From Eledone cirrhosa (Eukaryota), in the NCBI GenBank assembly GCA_964016885.1, contig OZ024742.1:144522001-144586000 (forward strand): 64,000 nt of DNA, read 5' to 3'. Position 1 is the first letter of the stretch, and the number at the start of each line of letters is the position of its first letter. Positions 11,195-24,884 of the stretch are shown here, in pieces. The position numbers and the translations under genes were made by a program. The notes under the pieces were generated by a model. That model did not search any database, was not told the DNA's origin, and worked only from the letters and a program-made list of their open reading frames with translations.

Positions 11195-11397
11195 TTCTAA
11201 TTTAGGCGCAATGCCAACAAATTTTAGATTTGAAGGACAAAGCTGATTAAGTCGACCCCAATACTTGAATAGTACATTATTTTATCGGCCTCGGATGGAT
11301 AAAGGATAAAGTTGACCACAACAGGATTTGAACTCAGAATAAAAGAGCCAGAACAACGTCATGTTATCCAACGCTCTACTAATTCTGCTAGTTCACC
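11195..11397 (-). mobile_element. Decayed tRNA-derived SINE, family 1
   Basis: TTTTATCGGCCTCGGATGGATAAAGG..GGATTTGAACTCAG. Confidence 0.7.
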
Positions 11398-12111
11398 ATT
11401 CTCCTTTATTCCTTAATATCGTAGGTCGCAACAATGTAAAACTAGTTAGTTCAGATGATTAGTGTTAATAATACGAATGTCGTAGATACTGTCCTCTTAC
11501 TAACCATACTAATTTCTACGTTTCTATTCCTTTATTATTTAGCTGTACACATTTAAGTTGTGAGTTTTCTCATGTATGTCCTATCTTCTTCCAGAATACT
11601 TAAACATTTCTTCTCACAATTTCTTCTCTTCTCTTTATTTCATTTGTATGTAGGAATCGAACTCTTTCTTTTATATAAAACTCTCACCTGCTTCTGCTCT
11701 ATCACCACTACTCTGTTTTATTAAGCTCGCTCCTGTTGCCCCACTTTCTCTCTCTCTCTCTCTTCTTTTTTTTCTCCCTCTCTCTTTCTCTCTCTCCCCG
11801 TCTCTCTCTCTCCCCTCTCCCCCCTCTCTCTCTAGTATCTACTTCTCCCACTTTTTTACTTCAACTCACCCACCTAGCTTTCAATCTTTCCTTCCATATC
11901 CACCTTCTATGAGTCCCATTCTATCTCTTATACTTTCAGACTTTTTCCTTAACCGCCAATTTGTATGCTTTCTTTCTCTTTAATATAACATTTGCTTTGT
12001 ATTTTTTTAAACATAAGAACAAGGCCAAAAGTTTTGATAGGAAGGAGCAGTATGGAAATTCCAAAATGATTGGAATCATTTTTTCGATTCTGTGAGAGTG
12101 AAATGTATCAA

Positions 12112-12287
12112 TAATGTTTCTACTTTTGGCACAAGGCCAGCAATTATCCCAGTGCATTACTGGTACTTTATTTTATCGACCCCGTAAGGTTGAGAGGCAA
12201 AGTTAACCTCGGCGGGATTTAAACTCAGAGCGTAAAGGGCCATAACTCTATGCTGCAAAGCATGGCGTCCGACCCTCTACCGATACT
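12112..12287 (-). mobile_element. tRNA-derived SINE, family 1
   Basis: Reverse complement of the family consensus. Confidence 0.85.
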
Positions 12288-12767
12288 TTTATCTTTCAAT
12301 TTCTATTTATAGTTACATTTCTTCAGTTTCCACACTTTCACGTCATTTGTTTCCAAAAAGCAAACGAACTCTGTGGGCAGCAGGAAGAAATAAGCAGGAA
12401 CCTTGCATTGCTAGTCTGTTATAGGGTGTTCAAGAGCTGGAATCCATTGATATCTTTTTATTTATGCCCATATTGAGAAACTTGAGTTTCTATCATGACA
12501 GTTTTAAGAATGGTGGTTATAGATATCATGTTATGAAGCTGGGATTCATGACAATTCTTAATGTCCTTTCTGTATTGCTAAACATATTACTGATGGCCAG
12601 TTCCAGTAATTGGATGTGTGGTTTAGTTCTAGGTACTTCAGTTTCCACACGTTACGAGGACATCAGATATAACAAATAAACATTAAATCCTGGAGCGGCA
12701 GCAAACATGCAGACTAGTACTTGATGTTTTTGAAGACTTACGAGATATGATGGCGTCATAGGGCACA

Positions 12768-12968
12768 TACGAGAGTCGGTTGAAATGTTCATAAGCTGAC
12801 CAAGAGACTCTCATGGAATGACCAAATGAGGTTTATTTTTCGAGACATATTCCCTGGAAAGAAACAATGCAGTTATTAATAAGAAGAGTTGAAATTAATG
12901 CATGCAAGATTTCACAGCTCTAGCATCACTCCATAGTCTGCCTATGAACATTTCAGCCGACCCACGTA
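12768..12968. mobile_element. Tc1/mariner-type MITE (~200 bp)
   Basis: TIRs TACGAGAGTCGGTTGAAATGTTCATA / TATGAACATTTCAGCCGACCCACGTA with TA ends; second copy at 17801-18002. Confidence 0.8.
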
Positions 12969-13193
12969 TAGATAGATATATATTTGTTGACGCTGAAGAG
13001 TTTGCCAAAGTTAATAGCGCAACCAAGTCACCTATTCTCCCGTCGCGTGCATATTGAATTGATGTCGCTGACTCCCCACGTGATGTTAAATTAAAGGATG
13101 CACTTAATATCGTGCATATAAATTGTATTCATGTTGTTTTTTATTTATTTATTGGCATCTTACGGGGGTAGACGTATGAAACCTCTGGTAATG

Positions 13194-13236
<43 letters not shown>

Positions 13237-13263
13237 CCATGTCATTTGTATATATATATATAT

Positions 13264-13300
<37 letters not shown>

Positions 13301-13301
<1 letters not shown>

Positions 13302-13583
13302 AAAAAAGATGAAATCGAAAATGCAACTGGAGTCTTATTTAAAAATATATATATATATTTATTTGGTTCCTTTACCGGTTTCGCTGTTCTTCTGCTTTTT
13401 AAAAGTAGAGTTGAGATGGAGGGTCTGTGGTTTTTCTCACATCTGGTTGGTCTCTGAATGTTACTTGAAAATTTAATGAAAACTGGTTCACGCGACAGCC
13501 ATAATTTCATTTATAACCAATCAAATTACGTTTATTAAAAAAAAAGCCTTCGTGAGCCCCTTTTTTTAAATAAAAAGAAATTT

Positions 13584-13667
<84 letters not shown>

Positions 13668-14250
13668 GAACACAAATAAACATACATATCCTTACACCCC
13701 AGCGAAATAACCATATTCACTGAACCAGAACAATTCTCCCATCCAATTTCTCTTGACCATTATCTTTTGCTTGTCATAAAATTCTCTAAAAAGGCTACAG
13801 AATAGATTTCCAAATAAGGGCGCGAAAATTTTATGAAAACTTGTTCACGTGACAGCCATAATTTTACGTTTATTAAAAAGAGCCTTCGTGAGCCCCCTTT
13901 TTTTAAAGTAAAAAGAAATTCAAACGCTCATATATGAAAAAACAACCTGTGCCCCCCCCCCCCCCCCCGCCTTGTTTGAAGAACTTTGTAACGCGAACTG
14001 GCGCGGAATTTATTATAATTATTGACCAACCAATCAAATTACTTCTCTAAAAACCTGACATTTCGAGCCACTTTTTCCATATAAAACAAGTAACATTCAG
14101 AGACCAACCAGATGTGAGAAAAACCACAGACCCTCCATCTCAACTCTACTTGAAAAGCAGAAGAACTGCGAAACCGGTAAAGGAACCAAATAAATATATA
14201 TATTTAAAAAAAAATAAGACTTCAGTTGCATTTTCGATTTCATCTTTTTT
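13301..14250. mobile_element. Penelope-like pseudo-LTR structure with ~165-bp inverted arms
   Basis: 13301-13467 is the reverse complement of 14087-14250. Internal direct repeat ~13475-13585 / ~13830-13925. Atypical hammerhead motif in the arms; (TA)n nearby on both sides. Confidence 0.6.
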
Positions 14251-14315
14251 CTTTATACTTTCACTCGTGTAGGACACCTCGGTTATTTTTCATTTTGTAA
14301 AAAAAAAAACCTCAC

Positions 14316-14362
<47 letters not shown>

Positions 14363-14380
14363 CATATATATATGCATATA

Positions 14381-15184
14381 TCTGTATATATATAAAATTA
14401 AGTATGTGTGTGTGTGTCTGTGTGTCTGTGTATTACCTATAGGGGCCTACATCTTACGATCGATTTTCATCAAACTTTAAAGGCTCATATATTAGTCATC
14501 GGGGAGTGTTTTCTATATATCAGCGTATCGTTTTTATTTATTCCGGGCTCATTCTGCAGATAAAAATCGATAGGGGGTCACCTTTTTTTAGGTATCGAAA
14601 AATAAGATTTTTGGCTCTAGCTCCCACATTTTGCCACCGATTTCGTTCAAATTTTAAACCAAAATAGAATTTATTTTGCATTTGTTGTAGAATATATTTT
14701 GCATTTATTGTTCAGGGACGGCGTGACAGCCGCTTAAATATTCAAAAATACCACTTTTAGACTCAAATTTCCACTTTTTCGACTCTAGCTCCCACATTAA
14801 TCAACCTACTTTGTTCACATTTTACACTACGCTAGATCTGATTATTTCACGTCTTAAAGTCGTTTTACATTTTGGATTTTTTGTTCAAGAACGGTGTGGC
14901 AGCCGCTTAAGTATTCGAAAATACCACCTTTTCGCTCAAATTTCCGCCTTTTCGGCTCTAGCTCCCACATTTTTCAACCGATTTCGTTCAAATTCGAAAC
15001 TCCCTCCCCCAGCATGTCCTTTCGTCAGACACCCGCGTTTTTCAATGATAGAGGTCACCCCCCCCCCGCATAGCCTGTGTGTGGCCATAGATGAGTCATC
15101 GAGGAGCAGTCGCTAAGATCAACACCTTTTCATCAAAGCAGATATTATTTTACCTACCCAGGCAACGCTGGGTACTGCTGCTAG
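14381..15184 (+). mobile_element. Non-autonomous Helitron
   Basis: 5' TC start, 3' hairpin TACCCAG-GCAACG-CTGGGTA (15155-15174) then CTAG|T; three internal ~170-bp repeats (CTCTAGCTCCCACATT). Confidence 0.75.
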
Positions 15185-15202
15185 TATATATATATATATA
15201 CA

Positions 15203-15797
15203 TCTATATATATAAAGTTGTAGTTCCTGTCTGTTTGTTTGTACACGAACTCCTCCTATGGTTTTGGAGACAGACCCCCATAGTCATATATATTCTGAAA
15301 CTACACTGCCCAGGGTACTTGGATACGTATATTTCATTTTAACCAAAGGGTTCCACGGGGGGAACAAACCCCCGCTGAAAATCTTTTCCCTTCGATTTAT
15401 ATGAAATTTAAACCATAGGTAAATGACAAGATATGATGCCTATTCACAAAATTTCAGCAAATTTCAATAATATTAAGACACCCAATGGGGGTTAAACCCC
15501 CTATAGTGAAAATTTTGGAAGTCCATAACTTGAGTATTGGAACCTCTATTATCACGGAGTTTTTCTATTAATTAAACGTAAATCAACAAAAAGAAACATC
15601 TTTCTTTTATAGTAAAATTTGGCTAATTTAGTCATCATTAGAATTATGACAACAAAAATTATTAGTTAATGCCTCTACTTTTTTAACATTTTCCCTTTAC
15701 TTTTTTCCATAAATTATATCATCAATTTAAAATCAATCATCATTTTCTTACAAAAAAAAATGTGTGAAACGAAGCAAGACGCGGGTAATTCGGCTAG
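15203..15797 (+). mobile_element. Second non-autonomous Helitron, in tandem
   Basis: A|TCTATATATATAAAG start; decayed 3' hairpin ..GCGGGTAATTCGG-CTAG|T. Confidence 0.65.
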
Positions 15798-17204
15798 TAT
15801 ACACACATATATATATATATATATATATTTTTTTTTTCTACTAACATTACAAGGGGCCCGACGGGCCGCATATTACAGAGTCAGGTAGGATCGATACTGA
15901 TCGAACCATGAGCTGATCACTGGTGAAACGCTCGTCACCAACCAATAAATGTAATGAAAGAGTAACCAATCGTCCTTGTTATCTTTTCACTATATTACAC
16001 TCTGTCTAGCTCTATACCTCGACACAGAAGTGAACCTAAACATCGAGTGCTCACCCGGGTGAACCTACAGTAACTCCAAGTTACACTCCCTAGATATATA
16101 TATATATATATGTATGTATATAATGTTGGATAATATGGATATAGTTACATTATGCTTGAAGATAAAATTGGGTGGATATAACTAGCAAGCATTACATCGC
16201 AGGTCTGTTCGAAAAACCCTGACCTGGGGCTAAACAAAAACAATATATAAGTCTATGTTAACATATTTAACACATTGGACATTTAAAAAACTATAAAACT
16301 ATAAGAAATAATTATACACCGAAAAAAAACGTAGCAGTCAATAACTAGTATTGCTCTTTTTCTTAGCTGCCAGGCATGAAAGAAAACAACTGAGATGTTT
16401 TGGTCTTATTTTGACACCTCTCTTTATCAAAGCATAGCTTTCATTCTCGGTATTTACTGAAATAATGATGAAAGACCCGTTAGGTAAGTAGACTATGTTG
16501 TACACTTATTGGCATAGGAAATTACAATTGTTTAAAGAATAAATAATTCAGAAAAGCCATTCAATTGAAAAACAATAGCTGCGTTAGGGTTGTTATGTTT
16601 AAAACAGGAACTATTCAAAGACTAACTAGAAATAATTATCTAACGAAGAAAAAACAATATTAGTCAATGCCTAACATTATTTGAGTAATATTGGTTTTGG
16701 TTTTTGTTTCCACACTGCACAATTATTCCCTACTTGGTTGTCGACATTAAATAATTCTATCGACATTAAATATGCTAATACTAACTTATCTATTTACTGC
16801 ATACTTTCAAAATGGCTCTACACTCTTAAAATATTTCTTTAAAAAGAGAGAAAAAAATAGCATATATAAAATTTCCTGTTATTTTTTATGTTTCTTTTTT
16901 TCTTTTTTCTTTTTTTCTTTTGTCCTTTTTTTTTTTTTTCTATCCCGAGGAATCATTTATTAGAGTGTAAATGGAAAATGCAATTTCGGAAACTTTATTT
17001 AAAATAATATCATGTCTATTATAGAGCACCAGGATGAAATTTATTTAATTGAAGAGTGGTTAAATGGGTTTGGTATTATAGGTTTTTCTACTGCCAAATA
17101 CAGCTGTTTCAGCCTTTTAACCGGCAATGATAGGAAAACAAGATAGAGTTACACATAGTATTATATACACATCCATTAGTACACATGTATACGGTCACCT
17201 ACAC

Positions 17205-17627
17205 ATGTATGTATGTATGTATGTATGTATGTATGTATGTATGTATGTATGTATGTATGTATGTATGTATGTATTTATGTTTGTATCTATGTATGTATGT
17301 ATATATATGTATCTATGTATGTATGTATGTATGTATGTATGTATGTATGTGTAAGCACGTATAGATAAATGCATATATATGTATTAATCTATTTATGTAT
17401 CTGCATGTATGTATATATACACATATATATGTATATATGTATCTATCTATGTATATATGTGTGCGTGTATATATGTAAGTATGTGTGCATGTATGTGTGT
17501 ATGTATGTATCTATGTCTGTATGTATGTCTGTATGTATGGGTGTCTGTATGTATATGTGTATTTGCGTAAATATGTACATAAACACAAATAGTCACACTC
17601 ACGTACATAAACACAAATAGACACGCT

Positions 17628-17668
<41 letters not shown>

Positions 17669-17700
17669 GCGGTCGCGCGCGCGCACACACAAACATATAT
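17205..17700. repeat. Degenerate (TATG)n/(CA)n microsatellite block
   Basis: Direct reading. Confidence 0.9.
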
Positions 17701-17800
17701 ATAATTCAAGTCACGACTTTTCACATGATTTTTTTTCAATATCAACATTTTTAATTTCTGATATTTTCTTTATTATTCTGCTCATGCATGACACATAATG

Positions 17801-18002
17801 TACGAAGGTCGACTGAAAAGTTCATAGGCTGACCAAGATACTCTCATGGAATGACCAAATAAGGCTTATCTTTCAGCATAGTCCCTGGAAAGAAACAATG
17901 CAGTTATTAATAAGAAGAGTTGAAATTAATGCATGCAAGATTTCACTGTTCTAGCATAACTCCTTCATAGTCAGCATATGAAATTTTCAGCCCACTCTCA
18001 TA
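17801..18002. mobile_element. Tc1/mariner-type MITE, copy 2
   Basis: Same internal sequence and TIRs as 12768-12968. Confidence 0.8.
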
Positions 18003-18071
18003 TTTATTCATCAAAATATCAGAATTTAAAGTAAATATCAATAGCAACATTTTTGAAAATTCTATCCTTGG

Positions 18072-18210
18072 TCATCCAGTGTCACGCCTCACTATCTCCA
18101 CATATCGCTTCCATTCTCCACGGTCATTCATAATGGTTATGAGCTCTTTCACTCTCTCCATCCCTGTGTCTTCTAGCAGAGTGTCTACGTAGGTGATTTT
18201 TCTCCTTCCT
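18072..18210 (-). mobile_element. 3' end of an RTE-group LINE ORF
   Basis: RGRRKITYVDTLLEDTGMERVKELITIMNDRGEWK matches the typical RTE C-terminus (GRP..TY.D.L..D.G....EL...M.DR.EW). Confidence 0.7.
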
Positions 18211-19440
18211 CTACAAGTCCTTCCCTCAGTAGGTTGCCATAACACTAACATGTTTACCACCTCATCAATGTGTTTGATGCAGTGGCCTGTGAGTCGCACC
18301 CTTTGTCTACAAGTCCTTCCCTCAGTAGGTTGCCATAACACTAACATGTTTACCACCTCATCAATGTGTTTGATGCAGTGGCCTGTGAGTCGCACCCTTT
18401 GTCTACAAGTCCTTCCCTCAGTAGGTTGCCATAACACTAACATGTTTACCACCTCATCAATGTGTTTGATGCAGTGGCCTGTGAGTCGCACCCTTTGTCT
18501 ACAAGTCCTTCCCTCAGTAGGTTGCCATAACACTAACATGTTTACCACCTCATCAATGTGTCTGATGCAGTGGCCTGTGAGTCGCACCCTTTTTCTACAG
18601 GTCCTTCCCTCAGTAGGTTGCCATAACACTAACATGTTTACCACCTCATCAATGTGTCTGATGCAGTGGCCTGTGAGTCGCACCCTTTGTCTACAGGTCC
18701 TTCCCTCAGTAGGTTGCCATAACACTAACATGTTTACCACCTCATCAATGTGTCTGATGCAGTGGCCTGTGAGTCGCACCCTTTTTCTACAGGTCCTTCC
18801 CTCAGTAGGTTGCCATAACACTAACATGTTTACCACCTCATCAATGTGTCTGATGCAGTGGCCTGTGAGTCGCACCCTTTGTCTACAGGTCCTTCCCCTA
18901 GTAGGTTGCCATAACACTAACATGTTTACCACCTCATCAATGTGTCTGATGCAGTGGCCTGTGAGTCGCACCCTTTGTCTACAGGTCCTTCCCCTAGTAG
19001 GTTGCCATAACACTAACATGTTTACCACCTCATCAATGTGTCTGATGCAGTGGCCTGTGAGTCGCACCCTTTGTCTACAGGTCCTTCCCCTAGTAGATTG
19101 CCAGAACACTAACATGTTTACCACCTCATCAATGTGTCTGATGCAGTGGCCTGTGAGTCGCACCCTTTGTCTACAGGTCCTTCCCCTAGTAGGTTGCCAT
19201 AACACTAACATGTTTACCACCTCATCAATGTGTCTGATGCAGTGGCCTGTGAGTCGCACCCTTTGTCTACAGGTCCTTCCCCTAGTAGGTTGCCATAACA
19301 CTAACATGTTTACCACCTCATCAATGTGTCTGATGCAATGGCCTGTGAGTCGCACCCTTTGTCTACTGGTCCTTCCCTCAATAGGTTGCCATAACACTAA
19401 CATGTTTACCACCTCATCAATGTGTCTGATGCAGTGGCCT
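18211..19440. repeat. 96-bp tandem array, ~13 units, derived from an RTE LINE segment
   Basis: Period 96 (CTACAAGTCC at 18211, 18307...); unit encodes RQRVRLTGHCIRHIDEVVNMLVLWQPTEGRTC on the minus strand. Confidence 0.95.
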
Positions 19441-19648
19441 TCGAGTAACATCTTTATTTGTTGAACTTTTAATGAAACTGTTAATGAAAATTCTATCGCT
19501 ATTATATGATAACATTTGTCACCAAAAGTAAAGTGTACTATGCAGAAGCTTCCCTGCTGGTCTAATTAGTGACATAAATGAAATGTATTGCAAGTGATTG
19601 CTTCTGCAACAATTGAATTTCCATGAGGTTTATTTGGGTGCTCACCAC

Positions 19649-19790
<142 letters not shown>

Positions 19791-22429
19791 GTTGTTTGTT
19801 TTGTGTGCAAGTATGTTCTGTGTGTACCTGCCTCTGTGTTCGAGGGTTCCTGTGAATGCATACTTCAATATATGTGTGCGTTCGTGATGTGTGTGTGTGA
19901 TGTGTGTATGTGTTCATATGTGTATGTTTGTGTGTAAGTTGAATTGATTTATTACGGTTTTCGAATGAATTTGCTCTCCCTCCAATAGAACCTGTCTCTA
20001 TACTGTTACTCGCTGTTACTCTAGTAAATTTCACAATAACTCTCTTCGGACAATCACCATTGACTGGATAGTAACTTGGGATTTAGTAATTGCATTTAAT
20101 GTCACTCATTAATTTTTGTTCTACTTCTGCACAAAGAATTCCTGTATTGAGAATGCAGTTATCTCTGAATTTAATTATTTTTGTAAATTATTTATTCCAC
20201 ACAGAGAATATATTGCTTGCTACACATATACACAATGGCAATCACTAAAAAAAAATCCTCTCTTGGTTTAAAAAAAGTTAAATCGATTATCTGAGTATTA
20301 TTCTTAGCTGGAATAAACATACAGCCTGAAAGCCATCACATTTGAAATCCTGACAGAATTATTAGAATGTGGGGTAAAATAGTACCTTGTGATATTTGGT
20401 TGCGTTCCTCTACATTCTTATGCCGCCTTTGTCGTTTATCTGAGTCTGATGCAATCAGCTATAATTGAGAAGGTAGTTCACCACCATGGTTAACATTCAA
20501 TGACTGAAACCACTAAGAGAAAAATATAGTACTCTTAGCCCTGTCGAAAGAAACGAAGAAATAGCTTCTCACTTTACTGCTATAAAATCTTAACTTTAAT
20601 ACCTACGTATAAAATTATGTATGTATGCTGAATACTGACTAGCCTTCTCATTTTCCTGATTAGACATCCTAGTTTTCCCTATTTCATTAAAATTGAGTGT
20701 GAACGCCGAACAAAGGTTGAAAAGTTTCTGATAAACCAAGACTGCAATGTAGGTTCGATTTATGATCTAATTCATATCTCTTACCTACAATTTTTGGTGA
20801 ACTTTATCGAATGGCTACGTCAGATTGATTTGCTCGTGATCCAATGAACCACTAATATAAACGGAATCTTTTTGTTGTTTTTTTTCTTCGATAAAACTGA
20901 ATAGGATAAAAATGACGGTAATACCAGTTTGTTGGATTTTTGAACAATCGATTTTTAGATTTTTAGTTGTTACATCTTATTTTGTAGGAAATTTTAGTAA
21001 CAATCCGAAGAGGTTTAGTTACTCAAGAGTTTTGCCGCTTGAGAGCTCTCAGGTAGTCAATGTCGAAGATATAGAAATCTTTAGAAAGACTAGAAAACCG
21101 CAGCTGACCCAATGAAATGAGATGTAAAACGTTTATTTCAAGTAAAAGACATGGTAAAATAAACAGGATAAGATTTATTATTACGATGTAAAACGTATTG
21201 GTTTTTACAATACTTAATGGTAATAAATAATTTGTTCTGTGTGATATACTTTGATTTATTATGGACTGTTTTAGACATTCGTTAGTTGATATCAACTTCT
21301 CAGTACATAATCAACTAGATTCAGTTGGCCTCATGACTTCCATGCCGTTTAATGTTACACTTGGTTATTAGATAAGAAAATAGTGGAACTCAAACATTAC
21401 AAATTACTCAACTATCTCAGAATTTCTTTTTCATAGATTTTTATTTTTTATTTTATGTGTTTTAGCAGAGAGAAAGATTTTAGACGAAAATAAATACTTT
21501 GTTTATTGTAAAACGTAGTTGAAATATAAACAAAAAGATTAAATAAAGAAATAAATCTGTCAACAAATTCAATCCAATACGATGGTAGACTCACAAATAC
21601 AGATAACATGTTTAGATACTAATGCTATATGAATTTAACTTCGTTTGGTATTTGTAAACCATTTAAATGTACCTACTTGTAAAACCAACTTAATGAACTG
21701 GAAATTTAGGTTGTTGCCTGTTGCATTATGTATGGATATAGGCAGTAAAGAATGCATGCTTTTCATTCCTTTCAGTTCATTCTTTAAAAATGTAGGTGGA
21801 GATAAATAACACCATAATATATTCCGAAGTTTATGTGGTAGTCAGGTGAGGATTGTTAGTGTGAGTGAACATATACTTCAAATGGCACTATATTCCAGGA
21901 TTAATCGAGACATCACTAACACACCATGGTTCATTTGTTATGGATGACAAAACCTCAGATGATGATGATGTGATTGTCTCATGAAATATTCCGAGAAGTT
22001 CATCGAAGCTCAAATATTACGGAACTTAATCACAGTGATTATTCCACAAAAGGTTTGTCATATGCTAGAAAACTTTCGAAGGATCACAGGAGTAGAAAAA
22101 CAATTTGATTACGAGCCAGCTAAAAAGCGTTTAAGGTGTAGATGAACCTGCAAATATCCTTCAAATTATATTTTACTATCTTGAAGAGGGAAGAACACAC
22201 AGGATAATGTAGTCACAGGCATGTAATGCTTGCAAAAATGACGAGATAGTCACAACTTGAACACATTTGACAACAAGTCAGATCAATCAGGGCTGGGATG
22301 GAGTTAGATAATTACAATTCGATTGTATTATACATATTCAATCTAATTTGAACCAATCACTGAAGAGCTGAATGACGTGGTACACCTAATAACACAATAC
22401 GTTTTACAATTTGGCTGAGTTTGTTTGTG

Positions 22430-22660
22430 TTTGTCATTGAGCAAGACACATTATTTCATGTTCCAGTTCATTCAGCTACCAAAAATGAGTTGTTCTTGTA
22501 ATTCAAGGAGGCCCACCTTATCACACACTCTGAAATGCTGAATCCTCCCGAGACGTACGTTAAAGGTGTACGTGTCTGTGAAATGTTCAGCCACTTTCAC
22601 GTCAATTCCACGAGCAACTCTTCCATTGAATGGATCAACTAGAGCACTAGTGTAGAGAGT
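22430..22660 (+). mobile_element. Decayed SINE, family 2
   Basis: TTGAGCAAGACAC..TTCAGCT core and GCTGAATCCTCCCGAGA..CAGCCACTT..GGATCAACT blocks repeated elsewhere in the window. Confidence 0.55.
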
Positions 22661-24416
22661 CTATCAACAACAAAATACATTTATTTGACGATTACTGTTT
22701 AAATAAGAAACAACATATTAAAGAGGTGCAAACACTATTATATAGTTAAGGAATCCGCATCACACATCATCGTTACAAGTAAGAGACAGCTGAGCTTTAG
22801 ATTGCACCAAGCTTTATAACTGTGTAGCCCGCCAGAAGGACCGGTCTTGTTCTTGGATAGTACTCTTAATCCATCAACCTATTTAACATAACTATTTAAT
22901 ATGTACACTAGCAAACATGCCGATGTCTTCGATTTGAGGATCAGGTTTCTTCTTTCGTCTAGTCATGGACGCCCAGTAAAGGATAATGGGTGTTTCCCCA
23001 CCTCCTTAGACTAAAGTATTTAAAACTTGTTCTAGAGACGCTGCATTGACATTCCTATTTCGTTGACAGTTCATTGTTAAATATAATTATTGTTGTAATA
23101 TTGGACAAGTTATATCACAAAGAAAAATAGTAATTTTGCTCAAAACATCAATATAGCAGATGCCAATAGTTCTTTTGCTTTTCTTTGTAATTCAAACAAT
23201 TTTACCAGATACGACTTAGCACATCTAAGGAACTAATTAATTAGGATTTCAAATGTTATCAAAGACATATACAGACATCCAGTGTACAAAACCCCTTTAA
23301 TTGTTTATAGTAAAACATTTTAAAATAAACAGCTATTACCTTTTTCCTTACATCTATATCTTTATATCTATTTGTATATCTATTTTATACATTTCTATCT
23401 AAATATTTATTTTCCTCAACATCATCCGAATGCTCATTTTTTTTCAGCATCTCTCCCACTCACTCTTTCTCGAATTTCACCCTTGCCCCCCCCTCTATCT
23501 CTCTCATTTATTGGTTTGCACGTTTTCTCTTCTACCAGATTCTTACTGTCTTTCTTTTGCATTTTGCCTGTAAAATCAATAAGGCGCGAATGTTAATGTT
23601 TAAACGATTTCTTATTTAAAATTCGCAATAAACCCACTTGTAGACAAACCAACCTGCTTATGCACAACTGAAGTATATCTGATATTTTTAGATTTTCTTT
23701 TTAAAAACCATGAATAGTTTCTTGTTTAAAGAATTGTTAGTGTCTCAATATTAGATTTGAGTCAATTTCTAAAAGCTGTTCTATTCTCATGAGAAAAGTA
23801 ATGACAGACGAATCCATACTGAGAAATTCTAAACTAAACTCTACAAATTAGATGGTTATCGGTTAGTTTGGTAGAAATCATTATTCAATTGGAATTCTCA
23901 ATTAAATAATGTCTGCAACCAAACAGAAGAGACAAATTTGGCTATTATCTGATATTTGACACCAATCATTTTATGTCCGGCAGAGAAACCGTCTTGTCAT
24001 TAGTAGACATGGATACTATGAATATCTAAGTACTTATTAAAGTTAGTGCGCTGCTGTTAGAAGGCCGAGATATATATGCAGAGTCAATTACGGTGGCTAT
24101 GAACACAATTGTGAATATGAAGAAATCAACCAAACGACAATTTTAAAATGGATATTACCAGTAAGCATGCCACAAATACAATTTTATTATGATATGGTAT
24201 CATTAGTAATAGCTATGGATAACAAGGATAACATATTACGCCCTGGGAAATGAATGAGTAGGCTTTCTCTTATCTATAAATGCAGCAGATATGTACGCTT
24301 AGATACTAATCTGAGATGAACATTTCTGTAGGATTACCGTCTATTAAAATTTGAATATCCCTAAACGCAATTAGCAAACACTAGCCCAGTTTCTTTGTGT
24401 ATATATATATATATAT

Positions 24417-24603
24417 AATTGTTTCTACTTTAGGCACAAGGCCAGCAATTAACCAGTGCATTACTGGTACTTTATTTTATCTACCCTGTAAGGATGAAAG
24501 GCAAAGTCAACCTCGGCGGGATTTGAACTCAGATCGTAAAGGGACGTAACTATGCTGGAAAGCATGGCGTCCGACCCTCCACCGATACTGCCAATCCACC
24601 GCC
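24417..24603 (-). mobile_element. tRNA-derived SINE, family 1
   Basis: Reverse complement of the family consensus, full length. Confidence 0.85.
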
Positions 24604-24759
24604 TAAATATATATATATATATATATAATGGCGGTGCCCCAGCATGGCCTCAGTCTGTCGGCTGGAACACGTAATAAAGTAATATTATTTAGAAAATGTA
24701 GAAATCCCAAACAGAAGATAATTCTAACTACATTCGATTCATATAAATAATAATAATAA

Positions 24760-24884
24760 TCTTCTTCTTCTTCTTCTTCTTCTTCTTCTTCTTCTTCTTC
24801 TTCTTCTTCTTCTTCTTCTTCTTCTTCTTCTTCTTCTTCTTCTTCTTCTTCTTCTTCTTCTTCTTCTTCTTCTTCTTCTTCTTC
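24760..24884. repeat. (TTC)n, the (GAA)n tail of the adjacent RTE LINE
   Basis: Perfect trinucleotide run abutting the LINE 3' end. Confidence 0.9.

Noticed and set aside
15890-15940. CTGATCGA..TGGT-GAAACGCTCGTC hammerhead-like string
   Set aside because: The core has an extra base and there is no stem I pairing; too weak to call.
18193-19464. 423-aa plus-strand repeat ORF as a real gene, or the array as CRISPR
   Set aside because: It is antisense to a LINE-derived unit. Units are contiguous with no unique spacers, and the context is eukaryotic with no cas genes.
21400-24350. Possible decayed DNA-transposase coding remnants in AT-rich unique-looking DNA
   Set aside because: No motif or termini could be identified with confidence; needs a translated HMM search.
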